Part shown: positions 17,949 to 27,814 of the stretch, in pieces | Layout of the letters: the number at the start of each line of letters is the position of its first letter | Position numbering within the stretch: the stretch's first letter is position 1 | IMG/VR virus record: IMGVR_UViG_3300034416_000067 | Span: 1-41,108 of that record | Strand: one strand, 5' to 3' | DNA: 41,108 nucleotides | Source: a virus | Lineage: Duplodnaviria; Caudoviricetes | The notes under the pieces: model-generated | The model's database searches: none | What the model saw: only the letters and a program-made list of their open reading frames with translations | What the model was told of the DNA's origin: nothing | Position numbers and translations under genes: made by a program

Positions 17949-18425
17949 ATGGCGCAAAGAGGAAGAAAACCTATTCCAACTGCAATCAAAGAACTCGAAG
18001 GCAATCCTGGGAAAAGGGAGCTTAACAAATATGAACCTAAACCAGAGAAGAAAGCTCCGAAATGTCCTGGCTGGCTGGAACCAGAAGCAAAGAAAGAGTG
18101 GAAAAGAACAGCGAAGCAGTTAGAGGAATTAGGAATTTTAACTGAAGTAGATATGGCTGCCTTTGCTGGGTATTGCCAAGCCTATGCAAGGTGGAGAGAG
18201 GCAGAAGAGTTTATCTCAAAGCATGGCACTATCGTTAAGACTCCTTCAGGATATTGGCAGCAGGTGCCCCAAGTATCTATCGCCCAGACATATCTTAAAA
18301 TCATGAACCGCTTCTGTGAACAGTTTGGATTAACACCATCGGCAAGAAGCAGAATTGTTGCTGACAGCAGGGGCGTTGCTGAAGATGACCCAATGGAGGT
18401 GATATTGCTCAAACAAATCAAATAG
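17949..18425 (+). CDS. terS: Terminase small subunit, P27 family
   Basis: GRKPIPT..KELEGNPGKR, YCQAYARW, FGLTPSARSR. Confidence 0.93.
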   Translation: MAQRGRKPIPTAIKELEGNPGKRELNKYEPKPEKKAPKCPGWLEPEAKKEWKRTAKQLEELGILTEVDMAAFAGYCQAYARWREAEEFISKHGTIVKTPSGYWQQVPQVSIAQTYLKIMNRFCEQFGLTPSARSRIVADSRGVAEDDPMEVILLKQIK

Positions 18426-18493
18426 AAATCAGGCTACAGGCATTGAGATAATCAATGTCTTTTATTTTGCTTAAAAACGGTGGTGATTGTCAG

Positions 18494-19369
18494 ATGAGTG
18501 AAAGAATCAATATGAAAGACATGAGATTTGGAAATCTTAAAGTGATGGAACCGACAGGAAAAAACAACTGTGGTCAAATGAAATGGCTATGCAAATGCGA
18601 CTGTGGTGAAATAAAAGTTGTAAATGGATGTGATTTAAGAAGCGGAAAAACAAGCCATTGTGGATGTAAGAGAAAGAGCATCAAAGACCTGAAGGGTCAA
18701 AGATTTGGTGACTTGCTTGCAATTAAACCAATAGGGAAAAGTAAAAAACGGTTAACACTTTGGGCATGCAAATGTATTTGTGGTCGAGATATCATTGTTG
18801 AAAGCACTTCTCTAATCAGTGGAAATACTAAAAGCTGTGGCAATTGCTCCTTTGGCAGCTATGAAACGATAGATGATAAAGCAATTGGTAGTTTTAAAAA
18901 TGGTGAATGCTTCATTATTGACAAAACTGATTTACAGCAGGTTAAAAATCACAGATGGTGGATAGATTATAATGGATACTTCACAACCGAAATAAATGGA
19001 AAAAGGTATCTTCTTCATAATTTTCTTATGGGACTGGAGAAAAGCAATTATGTAGTTGATCATATAGACAGAGATAAGAAAAACAATTCTCGTAGCAATT
19101 TGCGGATTTGTACACCAAAAGAAAATAGTCGTAATCGCTCGAAGCCTACTAGCAATAGCAGCGGCTTTGTTGGAGTCTGTTATCATATCAATAATCATAA
19201 GTATTATGCATCCATAAAAGTGAACGGCAGAAACATTCATATTGGAACATTTGACAATAAAATAGACGCTGCAATAGCAAGGGATATAGCTGCTATTAAG
19301 TATTTTGGAGAATATGCATTTTTAAACTTCCCAAGGCAAGAAAAGATTCCCGAAGGAAGGTTTGCATGA
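18494..19369 (+). CDS. Free-standing HNH-AP2 homing endonuclease
   Basis: Two WxCxCxCG...CG repeats, VDHIDRDKKNNSRSNLR HNH, SGFVGV...IGTF...AAIARD AP2 domain. Confidence 0.88.
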   Translation: MSERINMKDMRFGNLKVMEPTGKNNCGQMKWLCKCDCGEIKVVNGCDLRSGKTSHCGCKRKSIKDLKGQRFGDLLAIKPIGKSKKRLTLWACKCICGRDIIVESTSLISGNTKSCGNCSFGSYETIDDKAIGSFKNGECFIIDKTDLQQVKNHRWWIDYNGYFTTEINGKRYLLHNFLMGLEKSNYVVDHIDRDKKNNSRSNLRICTPKENSRNRSKPTSNSSGFVGVCYHINNHKYYASIKVNGRNIHIGTFDNKIDAAIARDIAAIKYFGEYAFLNFPRQEKIPEGRFA

Positions 19370-20961
19370 AAGACGTAAAAGAATTCTATCCTAAAAAAGC
19401 AATTCTGCCGGATTCATACTATGATGAGGATAGAGCAAACAGAGTGATAAGATTTATTGAGCAATTGAAGCATACAAAAGGGCAATGGCACGGTAAGCCA
19501 TTTTATTTGCTTCCTTGGCAAGAAGATTTAATAAGGCATATCTTCGGGATAATTAAGAAAAATGGCTACAGGGAAATAAACACTGCCTATGTAGAAATTC
19601 CTAAGAAAATGGGGAAGACTGAAACAGGAGCAGCAATTGCTTTATATATGCTTACAGCCGATGGCGAAAGAGGAGCAGAGGTTTACAGCTGTGCTGCTGA
19701 TAGAGCACAGGCTAGTTTAATATACAATGTGGCTGTTGATATGATCTCACTTTGCCCTGCCTTAAAAAAGAGACTGAAGGTGGTGGCATCACAGAAAAGA
19801 ATCGTGTATCCTGCTATGAACTCCTTTTATCAGGTACTGTCCAGTGAAGCCTATTCTAAACATGGAATAAATCCTTCTGCAGTACTTTTCGATGAAACCC
19901 ATGTGGCGAATAGAGAGATGATGAACGTAATGCTTCACGGTGCAGCTGATGCAAGAAGGCAACCACTAAACTTTTTGATTACTACAGCAGGAAATGATTT
20001 CAACAGCATAGGCTATGAGCTTCATCAAAAAGCAGTAGACATTTTAGCGGGAAGAAAAATTGATTCTACATTTTATCCGGTAATATATGCTGCAGATGAA
20101 AATGATGATTGGACAGATCCAGAGGTTTGGAAGAAAGCAAATCCAAGCCTTGGAGTTACTGTGGATATAGAAAAGATGAAGATTGCCTGTGAAAATGCTA
20201 GACAGAATCCAGCAGAAGAGAACCTGTTCAAACAGCTCAGATTATGTATATGGTGCAAACAGTCAGTTCGCTGGATGCCCTTGCATGTTTGGGATGAATG
20301 TAGTTTTGAAGTCGTTCCTGAAGAGGTTAAAGGTAGGGAATGCTATGGAGGACTAGACCTATCAAGCACAACGGACATCACGGCTTTTGTATTAGTTTTC
20401 CCGCCAAGAACTGAAGAAGAAAAGTTCATAGTAATGCCTTACTTCTGGATCCCTGAAGACAACCTAAAACTCAGAGTGAGACGTGATCATGTCCCTTATG
20501 ACATATGGGAACAGCAAGGATTCGTAAAAACAACGGAAGGCAATGTTGTTCATTATGGATTTATTGAAACTTTCATAGAAGAACTCGGAACTAAATATAA
20601 CATCAAAGAAATTGCGTTCGACAGGTGGGGTGCAGTGCAGATGGTTCAGAACCTTGAGGGAATGGGATTTACAGTTGTTCCGTTCGGACAGGGATATAAA
20701 GATATGTCGCCACCTTCAAAGGAATTAATGAAGATTACGCTTGAAAAGAAAATAGTACATGGAGGCAACCCAGTCCTAAGATGGATGATGGATAATATTT
20801 TCGTTAAAACAGATCCGGCTGGTAACATCAAACCTGACAAAGAAAAAAGCACCGAGAAAATTGACGGTGCTGTCGCACTTATCATGGCACTTGATAGAGC
20901 AATCAGAAATCGAGGGAGCATTGGTAGTGTTTATGATGATCGAGGGATATTAGTATTATGA
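19366..20961 (+). CDS. terL: Terminase large subunit
   Basis: Walker A IPKKMGKT, Walker B VLFDE, ITTAG, GLDLS, KIDGAVA. Confidence 0.95.
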   Translation: MKDVKEFYPKKAILPDSYYDEDRANRVIRFIEQLKHTKGQWHGKPFYLLPWQEDLIRHIFGIIKKNGYREINTAYVEIPKKMGKTETGAAIALYMLTADGERGAEVYSCAADRAQASLIYNVAVDMISLCPALKKRLKVVASQKRIVYPAMNSFYQVLSSEAYSKHGINPSAVLFDETHVANREMMNVMLHGAADARRQPLNFLITTAGNDFNSIGYELHQKAVDILAGRKIDSTFYPVIYAADENDDWTDPEVWKKANPSLGVTVDIEKMKIACENARQNPAEENLFKQLRLCIWCKQSVRWMPLHVWDECSFEVVPEEVKGRECYGGLDLSSTTDITAFVLVFPPRTEEEKFIVMPYFWIPEDNLKLRVRRDHVPYDIWEQQGFVKTTEGNVVHYGFIETFIEELGTKYNIKEIAFDRWGAVQMVQNLEGMGFTVVPFGQGYKDMSPPSKELMKITLEKKIVHGGNPVLRWMMDNIFVKTDPAGNIKPDKEKSTEKIDGAVALIMALDRAIRNRGSIGSVYDDRGILVL

Positions 20962-20991
20962 AATTGTTTATGATGAAGGGGCGGTGAAAGA

Positions 20992-22236
20992 ATGCAAGTT
21001 CCATTAATTAGCAGATTTTTTAAATCAAGAGATAAACCTCAAAACAGTTTGTTCGGAAGTGCGTATAGTTTCTTCTTTGGAAGCACTATTGCCGGTAAAA
21101 CAGTCAATGAGAAAACAGCAATGCAGACTACAGCGGTCTATGCATGTGTAAGAATTCTGGCAGAAACAATAGCAAGTTTGCCTCTTCAAACATACAAGCG
21201 GACAGAGACAGGTAAAGAAAAAGCAACTGATCATCAACTGTATTTCTTGCTACATGACGAACCCAATCCTGAGATGACTTCATTTGTGTTTAGAGAAACA
21301 CTCATGAGTCATCTTTTATTATGGGGAAATGCATATGCACAAATTATAAGGGATGGCAGGGGTAATGTGCTTGCCTTATATCCCTTGCTCCCAGACAGGA
21401 TGACCGTTGATAGAGCTTCTAATGGAGAACTCTTTTATGAATATAGAAAAGACACAGGAACAGTAGCACTTCGGGCCTATGAGGTGTTGCACATACCAGG
21501 GTTAGGCTTTGATGGCTTGGTTGGGTATTCACCAATCGCAATGGCTAAAAACGCTATAGGTATGGCCATAGCTACAGAGGAGTATGGGGCCAAGTTCTTT
21601 GCAAATGGGGCAAATCCAGGTGGGGTATTAGAGCATCCGGGTGTTATTAAGGATCCAGCAAGAATCAGGGAAAGTTGGAATGCCGTTTATCAGGGCAGCG
21701 GCAACGCTCACCGTGTGGCAGTACTTGAAGAGGGTATGAAATTTCAATCCATAGGAATTCCACCTGAGCAGGCACAGTTTTTAGAGACAAGGAAATTTCA
21801 AATCAATGAGATAGCTAGAATTTTCAGGATACCACCACATATGATTGGTGATCTTGAGAAGTCTAGCTTTTCTAATATAGAACAACAAAGCTTAGAATTT
21901 GTTAAATATACACTGGATCCTTGGGTTGTTCGCATAGAGATGGCAATCCAAAGAGCATTACTCAAACCTACTGAGAAAAAGGAGTATTTCGTCAAGTTCA
22001 ATGTTGATGGATTGCTCAGAGGTGAGTATGAAGCAAGAATGAATGGCTATTCTATAGCAAGACAAAATGGATGGCTGTCATCTAATGATATAAGGGAACT
22101 TGAAAATCTTAATAGGATTCCTGAGGAGCTTGGTGGAGATTTATATCTGGTGAACGGAAATCTTACTAAACTTCAAGATGCCGGCGCTTTTGCATATAAA
22201 AACAATAAAGAAAAGGAGGCACAAAACCTTGAATAA
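20992..22236 (+). CDS. HK97-family portal protein
   Basis: VYACVRILAETIASLP, LLWGNAY, IARIFRIPP, SNIEQQ. Confidence 0.95.
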   Translation: MQVPLISRFFKSRDKPQNSLFGSAYSFFFGSTIAGKTVNEKTAMQTTAVYACVRILAETIASLPLQTYKRTETGKEKATDHQLYFLLHDEPNPEMTSFVFRETLMSHLLLWGNAYAQIIRDGRGNVLALYPLLPDRMTVDRASNGELFYEYRKDTGTVALRAYEVLHIPGLGFDGLVGYSPIAMAKNAIGMAIATEEYGAKFFANGANPGGVLEHPGVIKDPARIRESWNAVYQGSGNAHRVAVLEEGMKFQSIGIPPEQAQFLETRKFQINEIARIFRIPPHMIGDLEKSSFSNIEQQSLEFVKYTLDPWVVRIEMAIQRALLKPTEKKEYFVKFNVDGLLRGEYEARMNGYSIARQNGWLSSNDIRELENLNRIPEELGGDLYLVNGNLTKLQDAGAFAYKNNKEKEAQNLE

Positions 22237-22921
22237 AAAGAAATTTTGGAACTGGGTAGAGACTGAAGAAGGTAGAACTCTTTTCCTCGATGGAGCTATT
22301 GCAGAGGAGACCTGGTATGGTGATGAAATTACACCAAAGCAGTTCAAGTCAGAACTTGTTAGTGGCAAGGGAGATCTTACTATTTGGATAAATTCGCCAG
22401 GAGGTGATGTTTTCGCTGCTAGTCAAATTTACAACATGCTCATGGACTATAAAGGTAATGTAACAGTGAAAATCGACGGTCTGGCTGCAAGTGCAGCTTC
22501 GGTTATAGCTATGGCTGGCACAAACGTTCAGATATCTCCGACGGGACTCATTATGATCCATAATCCGATGACAATGGCTTTTGGGGACACAGTTGAAATG
22601 GAGAAAGCTATATCCATGTTGAGCGAGGTCAAGGAGAGCATAATCAATGCCTATGAGATAAAGACAGGTTTATCAAGGGCAAAGTTATCTCGTCTTATGG
22701 ATGATGAGAGCTGGTTCAATGCAAAGAAAGCTGTTGAGCTTGGTTTTGCAGACCAGATACTTTTCTTACATGAGGATGATGAGGCACCTGTCAATGATGG
22801 AGCGATTTTCAGCAAAATGTCGGTAGTAAACTCGCTGATGAATAAGCTGCCGAAAAAAGAAAAAGAAACCGGAACAGATATTAACATACTTGATAAGAGA
22901 CTTGAGCTCTTACATAAATAG
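22229..22921 (+). CDS. ClpP-type prohead protease
   Basis: INSPGGDV, GLAASAASVI, MIHNP; TTG start after AAGGAGG. Confidence 0.92.
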   Translation: MNKKKFWNWVETEEGRTLFLDGAIAEETWYGDEITPKQFKSELVSGKGDLTIWINSPGGDVFAASQIYNMLMDYKGNVTVKIDGLAASAASVIAMAGTNVQISPTGLIMIHNPMTMAFGDTVEMEKAISMLSEVKESIINAYEIKTGLSRAKLSRLMDDESWFNAKKAVELGFADQILFLHEDDEAPVNDGAIFSKMSVVNSLMNKLPKKEKETGTDINILDKRLELLHK

Positions 22922-22935
22922 GGGAGGAATATAAA

Positions 22936-24129
22936 ATGAATAAAATTATGGAACTTCGTGAGAAGAGAGCTTTGGCTTGGGAAACAGCTAAAGCTTTTTT
23001 AGATTCAAAAAGAGGAAAAGACGGATTGATATCAGCTGATGACACCGCGACTTACGAGAAGATGGAAGCTGATGTCGTCAATCTAGGAAAGGAAATCGAT
23101 AGGCTCGAAAGGCAGCAGGCTATTGACTTAGACCTTGCTAAGGCTATCAACTCACCTATAACAACCAAGCCAACAGCAACTGGAGAAACTAAATCAGGAA
23201 GGGCAACTGACGAGTATAGGCAGGCCTTCTGGAAAGCTATGAGGAACAAAAGCAACTTCGAAATCATCAATGCACTTCAGGTAGGCACTGATTCAGAAGG
23301 AGGTTATCTTGTTCCAGACGAGTTTGAAGCGACTTTGATCCAGGCACTCGAAGAGGAAAATATCTTCAGAAAGCTAGCTAATATAATAACCACTTCCTCA
23401 GGTGACAAGAAGATACCTGTTGTAGCTTCTAAAGGAACTGCATCTTGGGTAGAAGAGGAAGGAGCAATTCCTGAATCGGATGATGCTTTCGGACTGATCT
23501 CCATTGGAGCGTACAAGCTGGCCACTATGATCAAGGTTTCCGAAGAGCTCCTTAATGACAGTGTCTTTAACTTGGAGAGCTATATTGCAAAAGAGTTCGC
23601 TAGAAGGATAGGAGCCAAAGAGGAGGAAGCCTTCTTTGTAGGTGATGGAACAGGAAAACCGACAGGAATATTCAATGGAACAGGCGGAGCACAGCTTGGA
23701 GTGACTGCAGCAAGTGCAGCTGCAATAACCTTTGATGAAGTGATAGATCTCTATTATGGACTGAAGACACCATATAGAAAAAATGCAGTATTTACAATGA
23801 ATGATGCAACCGTTAAGGCTATAAGAAAGCTGAAAGACGGAAATGGGCAGTATATCTGGGCTCCTTCAATTACTGCAGGACAGCCAGATACAATCTTGAA
23901 CAAGCCAGTAATCACTTCTTCATATGTGCCTACGATTGCATCAGCTGCAAAGGTCATGGCGTTTGGAGATTTCAGCCACTATTGGATTGCTGACAGACAG
24001 GGAAGGTCCTTCCAAAGACTCAACGAGCTTTTTGCTGTGAATGGACAGATCGGTTTCAGAGCAACTCAGAGAGTTGACGGAAAGCTCATACTTCCTGAAG
24101 CGATCAAAGTTCTGCAGATGAAAGTGTAG
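22936..24129 (+). CDS. HK97-fold major capsid protein
   Basis: Coiled-coil delta domain, EGGYLVP, KLKDGNGQYIW, FGDFS. Confidence 0.95.
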   Translation: MNKIMELREKRALAWETAKAFLDSKRGKDGLISADDTATYEKMEADVVNLGKEIDRLERQQAIDLDLAKAINSPITTKPTATGETKSGRATDEYRQAFWKAMRNKSNFEIINALQVGTDSEGGYLVPDEFEATLIQALEEENIFRKLANIITTSSGDKKIPVVASKGTASWVEEEGAIPESDDAFGLISIGAYKLATMIKVSEELLNDSVFNLESYIAKEFARRIGAKEEEAFFVGDGTGKPTGIFNGTGGAQLGVTAASAAAITFDEVIDLYYGLKTPYRKNAVFTMNDATVKAIRKLKDGNGQYIWAPSITAGQPDTILNKPVITSSYVPTIASAAKVMAFGDFSHYWIADRQGRSFQRLNELFAVNGQIGFRATQRVDGKLILPEAIKVLQMKV

Positions 24130-24139
24130 GTGAAGCCAT

Positions 24140-24361
24140 ATGAGTAATGTAAAAAATTATTCCGAGCCTGGTGGAGAGAAATGGGTTGTCGGTGGCGAAA
24201 TTGAAATCGCTGCCGGCGGCAAACTTACATTTCAAGGGACGGAACTTAAACCGGCTGCAGTTCAAGCTGATAGCGTGGCATCAACAGTTGCTGGGACAGT
24301 AGCAGACCTTAATGCATTAATTGGAAAGCTTAAAGCAGCAGGTCTTATGGCATCTGAATAA
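24140..24361 (+). CDS. Head fiber / decoration protein
   Basis: KNYSEPGGEKWVVGG; DLNALIGKLKAAGLM; follows the capsid gene. Confidence 0.7.
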   Translation: MSNVKNYSEPGGEKWVVGGEIEIAAGGKLTFQGTELKPAAVQADSVASTVAGTVADLNALIGKLKAAGLMASE

Positions 24362-24385
24362 CAAAGATGATGAGGTGGTGAGTGC

Positions 24386-24661
24386 ATGGTTGTATCATTA
24401 GAGGAAGCAAAGTTATATTTAAGAGTTGATGGTAGCGAAGAGGATGCGCTCATCACCGATTTTATTGTCTCAGCAGAAGAGATCTGCGAAGGGATTCTAA
24501 GGTTTCCGATTACAGAGTTCACAACAATTCCTGAGACATTGAAGCAGTCAGTTTTCTTTGCTGTTGCTAGCATGTATGAGCAAAGAGAAAACTTCCAGGC
24601 AGCTCCGGTTTTGGAAACTATCAAAAGGCTTCTCTTTGCATATAGAAAAGAGAGCTGGTGA
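24386..24661 (+). CDS. Head-tail connector (gp6-like)
   Basis: VSLEEAKLYLRVD...ED, YEQRE. Confidence 0.9.
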   Translation: MVVSLEEAKLYLRVDGSEEDALITDFIVSAEEICEGILRFPITEFTTIPETLKQSVFFAVASMYEQRENFQAAPVLETIKRLLFAYRKESW

Positions 24662-24665
24662 TGCA

Positions 24666-24992
24666 ATGGGTATAGGAGAGATGAAGCATAGAATTACTTT
24701 GCAGAAGTTAGCAACATCAGTAAACCAGAACGGATTCGAAATAAACACATGGCAGGATTATAATACGGTATGGGCAAAGGTATCTAATTTATCCGGGAGA
24801 GAATACTTCCAGGCTGCAGGTACCCAAGCTGAAAAGACAGTTAAATTCACGATCAGATATTTACAAGATTTAAATACTGACTTGAGGATATCATTTGAAG
24901 GAAAGCAGTTCAATATAACCTCTATCGATAATATAAGGTATGAAGGAAAATACACCGAGATTAAAGCTCTGGAGGTTGATAGTAGTGGATAA
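24666..24992 (+). CDS. Head closure / head-tail adaptor
   Basis: MKHRITLQ, VWAKV..LSGREY, FTIRY. Confidence 0.88.
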   Translation: MGIGEMKHRITLQKLATSVNQNGFEINTWQDYNTVWAKVSNLSGREYFQAAGTQAEKTVKFTIRYLQDLNTDLRISFEGKQFNITSIDNIRYEGKYTEIKALEVDSSG

Positions 24993-25365
24993 CATAGAAC
25001 TTTCGGGAGTTGACGAAATTTTAAACAGACTTAAGCAGATAGGCGCCAATGTAACTAGTCTTGAAAATCAAGCATTGAAAAAGGCTGCAGAACCTGTGCT
25101 GGAAGATGCCAAATCTAATGCTCCTTATAGGACAGGTAAACTAAAAGAAGGTCTTAAAATCAGCGGCATAAAAACTAAGGATGGCAGCAAATATGTGCTT
25201 GTTGGAGTCGATAGATCCGATAACAGCAAGATATACTGGGGCAAATTTCAAGAATTCGGCACAGTAAAAATGAGCGCAAGACCATTCCTAGGGCCAGCAT
25301 ATGAGAAAAATAAGAGGCAAATAATCGAAGAGATAAGGAACACTCTAAAGGAGGGCTTGAAGTGA
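24985..25365 (+). CDS. HK97 gp10-like tail completion protein
   Basis: APYRTGKLK, EFGTVKMSARPFLGPA. Confidence 0.88.
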   Translation: MDNIELSGVDEILNRLKQIGANVTSLENQALKKAAEPVLEDAKSNAPYRTGKLKEGLKISGIKTKDGSKYVLVGVDRSDNSKIYWGKFQEFGTVKMSARPFLGPAYEKNKRQIIEEIRNTLKEGLK

Positions 25366-25691
25366 TAAACAAGATGGTCATGGACACTTTAGGTTCTCTT
25401 GGTGTTCCGATTAGCTTTCAGAAACATACGGGTGATGAGCTGACATATATAACGTTTTTTGAGTACCTGCAGAAAAGCGAAGCTTTTGCAGATAATATAG
25501 AAACTTCTAGAGGACATTACATTCAGATAGATGTATGGAGCAAAGATGACTACAATGATTTAGTAAACAGTATTCTTTATTCAATGAAACAAGCAGGGTT
25601 TAAAAGAACAACAGAAACAGAATTATACGAAGAAGAAACTCAGACCTATCACAAGGTACTGAGATTTTTTTATGAGGAGGAGGTATCCTAA
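25362..25691 (+). CDS. Tail terminator protein
   Basis: YITF, IQIDVWSK, AGF, YHKVLRF; synteny. Confidence 0.75.
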   Translation: MINKMVMDTLGSLGVPISFQKHTGDELTYITFFEYLQKSEAFADNIETSRGHYIQIDVWSKDDYNDLVNSILYSMKQAGFKRTTETELYEEETQTYHKVLRFFYEEEVS

Positions 25692-26563
25692 TGGGAATAA
25701 AACATAGTGCACCGGTTGGTGTTGAGAATTTGGTCTATGCACTTCTGACCGATGAGAACATACCAACCTACGATACAGTGAAGAGTATGGCACCGTTGAT
25801 AAATATAAAGGTTTCACCAAAGATAAATAGCGAAAGCTTATACGCGGATAACAGGAAAGTCGAGATAGTATCAAGTCTTGGAGATATCGATGTTGAGATC
25901 GAACAGCAGGATCTGCCACTTGAAGTTCAAGCAGATATTCTGGGTCACGTTTTGGATGAGGCAAAAGGAGTATTGGCGTATCATACCAACGACATAGCGC
26001 CATATCTTGCTATTGGTTTTAAGATAAAAAAGGCTAATGGTAAGTATCGCTACGTATGGCTTCTAAAAGGTAAGTTTGAGGAATACTCCGAGGAAGCGAA
26101 TACAACCGAGGACAAAGCAAAGTTCACAACCCCGAAGCTAAAAGCTGCTTTCATGCCACGACCGGATGGGAATTGGAAGTATACTGCTGACGAGGATAGT
26201 GGAGCGGTACCGTCAGCATTTCTTTCTGTGGTGTACAGTCCTACAATTGATCTTGTGGCACCAACGGTAACAACATCACCTATTGATGGAGCAACAGGTG
26301 TCCTGGGAACAGCTAATATAGTATTTACTTTCGATAAAGCAATCCAGCCGAGCTGCATAACTCCTGCAAACTTCTTTATTATGAAGGCTGATGGTACTCC
26401 TGTGGCTGCAGCGCTTAGCATAGGAACTAACAATACAGTAGTGACTCTGGATCCTACATCAAGTTTAAGTTCAGGAGAGTATATCGCCATAGCTACCACA
26501 AGTGTTAAGAGCAGCGCAGGAGTATCTCTTGATTCTATTTGTGCGGTAAATTTTACAGTGTAA
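25691..26563 (+). CDS. Major tail protein (phi13 family) with C-terminal Ig-like domain
   Basis: LYADN, APYLAIGF, YVWLLKGKF; APTVTTSPIDGATGV...FTFDKAI Ig-like tail. Confidence 0.88.
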   Translation: MGIKHSAPVGVENLVYALLTDENIPTYDTVKSMAPLINIKVSPKINSESLYADNRKVEIVSSLGDIDVEIEQQDLPLEVQADILGHVLDEAKGVLAYHTNDIAPYLAIGFKIKKANGKYRYVWLLKGKFEEYSEEANTTEDKAKFTTPKLKAAFMPRPDGNWKYTADEDSGAVPSAFLSVVYSPTIDLVAPTVTTSPIDGATGVLGTANIVFTFDKAIQPSCITPANFFIMKADGTPVAAALSIGTNNTVVTLDPTSSLSSGEYIAIATTSVKSSAGVSLDSICAVNFTV

Positions 26564-26644
26564 ATTTGGTAGTAAAAAAAGATTATAGATTAAGTGAGCA
26601 AGATGGATTTTTTCAGATGTAAAATTCTACGTCTAATTAAGGTG

Positions 26645-27013
26645 CTAGCAGCTAGTGTTTTTTAAAGTCTCATCCTCTGTTATCATCCTCGCTTTCCCCC
26701 AATTAAAAATAATTTCTAAAGCAGGCACGAGTTGTAAGCAGTTATCTGTTAATGAATATTCTACTCGAGGTGGAATCTGGTTAAATTCCACTCGTTTAAC
26801 AAGCCCATTTTCTTCCAAAGTTTGAAGTGACCTTGTAAGCATAATATTCGTTATACCTGTCAGGTTTCTTTTAAGCTCATTATAACGCATAGTTTTATTC
26901 TGATATAATTTCCAAATTATTGGGACTCTCCATTTTCCGCCAATAATTTCCATGGAATATATCATAACGCAGTTTCTCTCGTTAATAACCTTTTGTTCTT
27001 TATTCTCTAGCAT
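26645..27013 (-). CDS. HxlR-family winged-helix regulator
   Basis: N-terminal Cys, IIGGKW, RYNELK, LEENGLVKR, IPPRVEYSLT. Confidence 0.92.
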   Translation of the reverse strand: MLENKEQKVINERNCVMIYSMEIIGGKWRVPIIWKLYQNKTMRYNELKRNLTGITNIMLTRSLQTLEENGLVKRVEFNQIPPRVEYSLTDNCLQLVPALEIIFNWGKARMITEDETLKNTSC

Positions 27014-27029
27014 AAAATCTCCTTTTAAG

Positions 27030-27076
27030 GCACAAAAATGTGCGTACTTGTATATTTGTTCCCTGTTATTTAAACT
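27030..27076 (+). promoter_or_regulatory. Operator GCACA-N4-TGTGC and promoter TTGTAT-17-TAAACT for the LUD genes
   Basis: Palindrome 27030-27043 just upstream of the -35 (27048-27053); -10 at 27071-27076. Confidence 0.6.
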
Positions 27077-27119
27077 AATTGTAACACTAATAATAGTAAA
27101 ACAAAAGGGGTAATGAGAA

Positions 27120-27761
27120 ATGAAACAAACACCACAACAGGAAAGAAATCAAAAATTAGGTGAAAGCTTGGTAAATGCACTGAAGAGTCGTCGTTTTTGG
27201 GCATGCTATTGTCCGAGTAAGGAAGATGCTGTAAAACAGGCATTGGAGTTAGTACCTGAAGGTAACAGTATTACTTGGGGCGGTTCCGATACTATTCGTG
27301 CAATTGGTTTAACACAAAAAGTAAAAGAAGGAAATTACAAAGTATATGATCGGGATACAATTCCAGCTGAAAAATGGCCTGACTATGCAAAAGAACATTA
27401 TTTTTCGGACACATATCTAACAAGTGTAAATGCAGTTAGTGAGGCTGGTCAGCTCTGTCTAATTGATGGAACAGGAAATCGTGCAGCTTCACTTATTTTT
27501 GGACCTAAAAATATTATAGTGATTGTTGGAATAAATAAAGTGGTCAAAACAGTTGAAGATGCAATGAAACGCGTGAGAAATATTGCTGCTCCAATAAACT
27601 GCCAACGTTTTGCTAATGCAAAAACACCATGTAGAATAACAGGAGAATGTGCGGATTGTAAAACACCAGATTCTATATGTGCCTCTATGGTTACCTTAAG
27701 GCTTTGTAATCCAAAAGACAAAATCAAAGTAATTATTGTAGGAGAACATTTAGGTTATTAA
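27120..27761 (+). CDS. LUD-domain (LutC/YkgG-like) protein
   Basis: WGGSDT, SVNAVSEAG, IDGTGNR, VGINKVV, PCRITGECADC...IC. Confidence 0.85.
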   Translation: MKQTPQQERNQKLGESLVNALKSRRFWACYCPSKEDAVKQALELVPEGNSITWGGSDTIRAIGLTQKVKEGNYKVYDRDTIPAEKWPDYAKEHYFSDTYLTSVNAVSEAGQLCLIDGTGNRAASLIFGPKNIIVIVGINKVVKTVEDAMKRVRNIAAPINCQRFANAKTPCRITGECADCKTPDSICASMVTLRLCNPKDKIKVIIVGEHLGY

Positions 27762-27814
27762 TTTTATATTGGGATAGCCATTTCTTTGCGCGGCTTCAGA
27801 AGGAGGAAAAGATA

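Noticed and set aside
18494-19369. Group I intron or intein in terminase
   Set aside because: The endonuclease is a separate ORF with its own RBS; terS and terL are each uninterrupted
25691-26563. Frameshift-added Ig domain on the major tail protein
   Set aside because: The Ig-like domain is fused in frame; no recoding is needed
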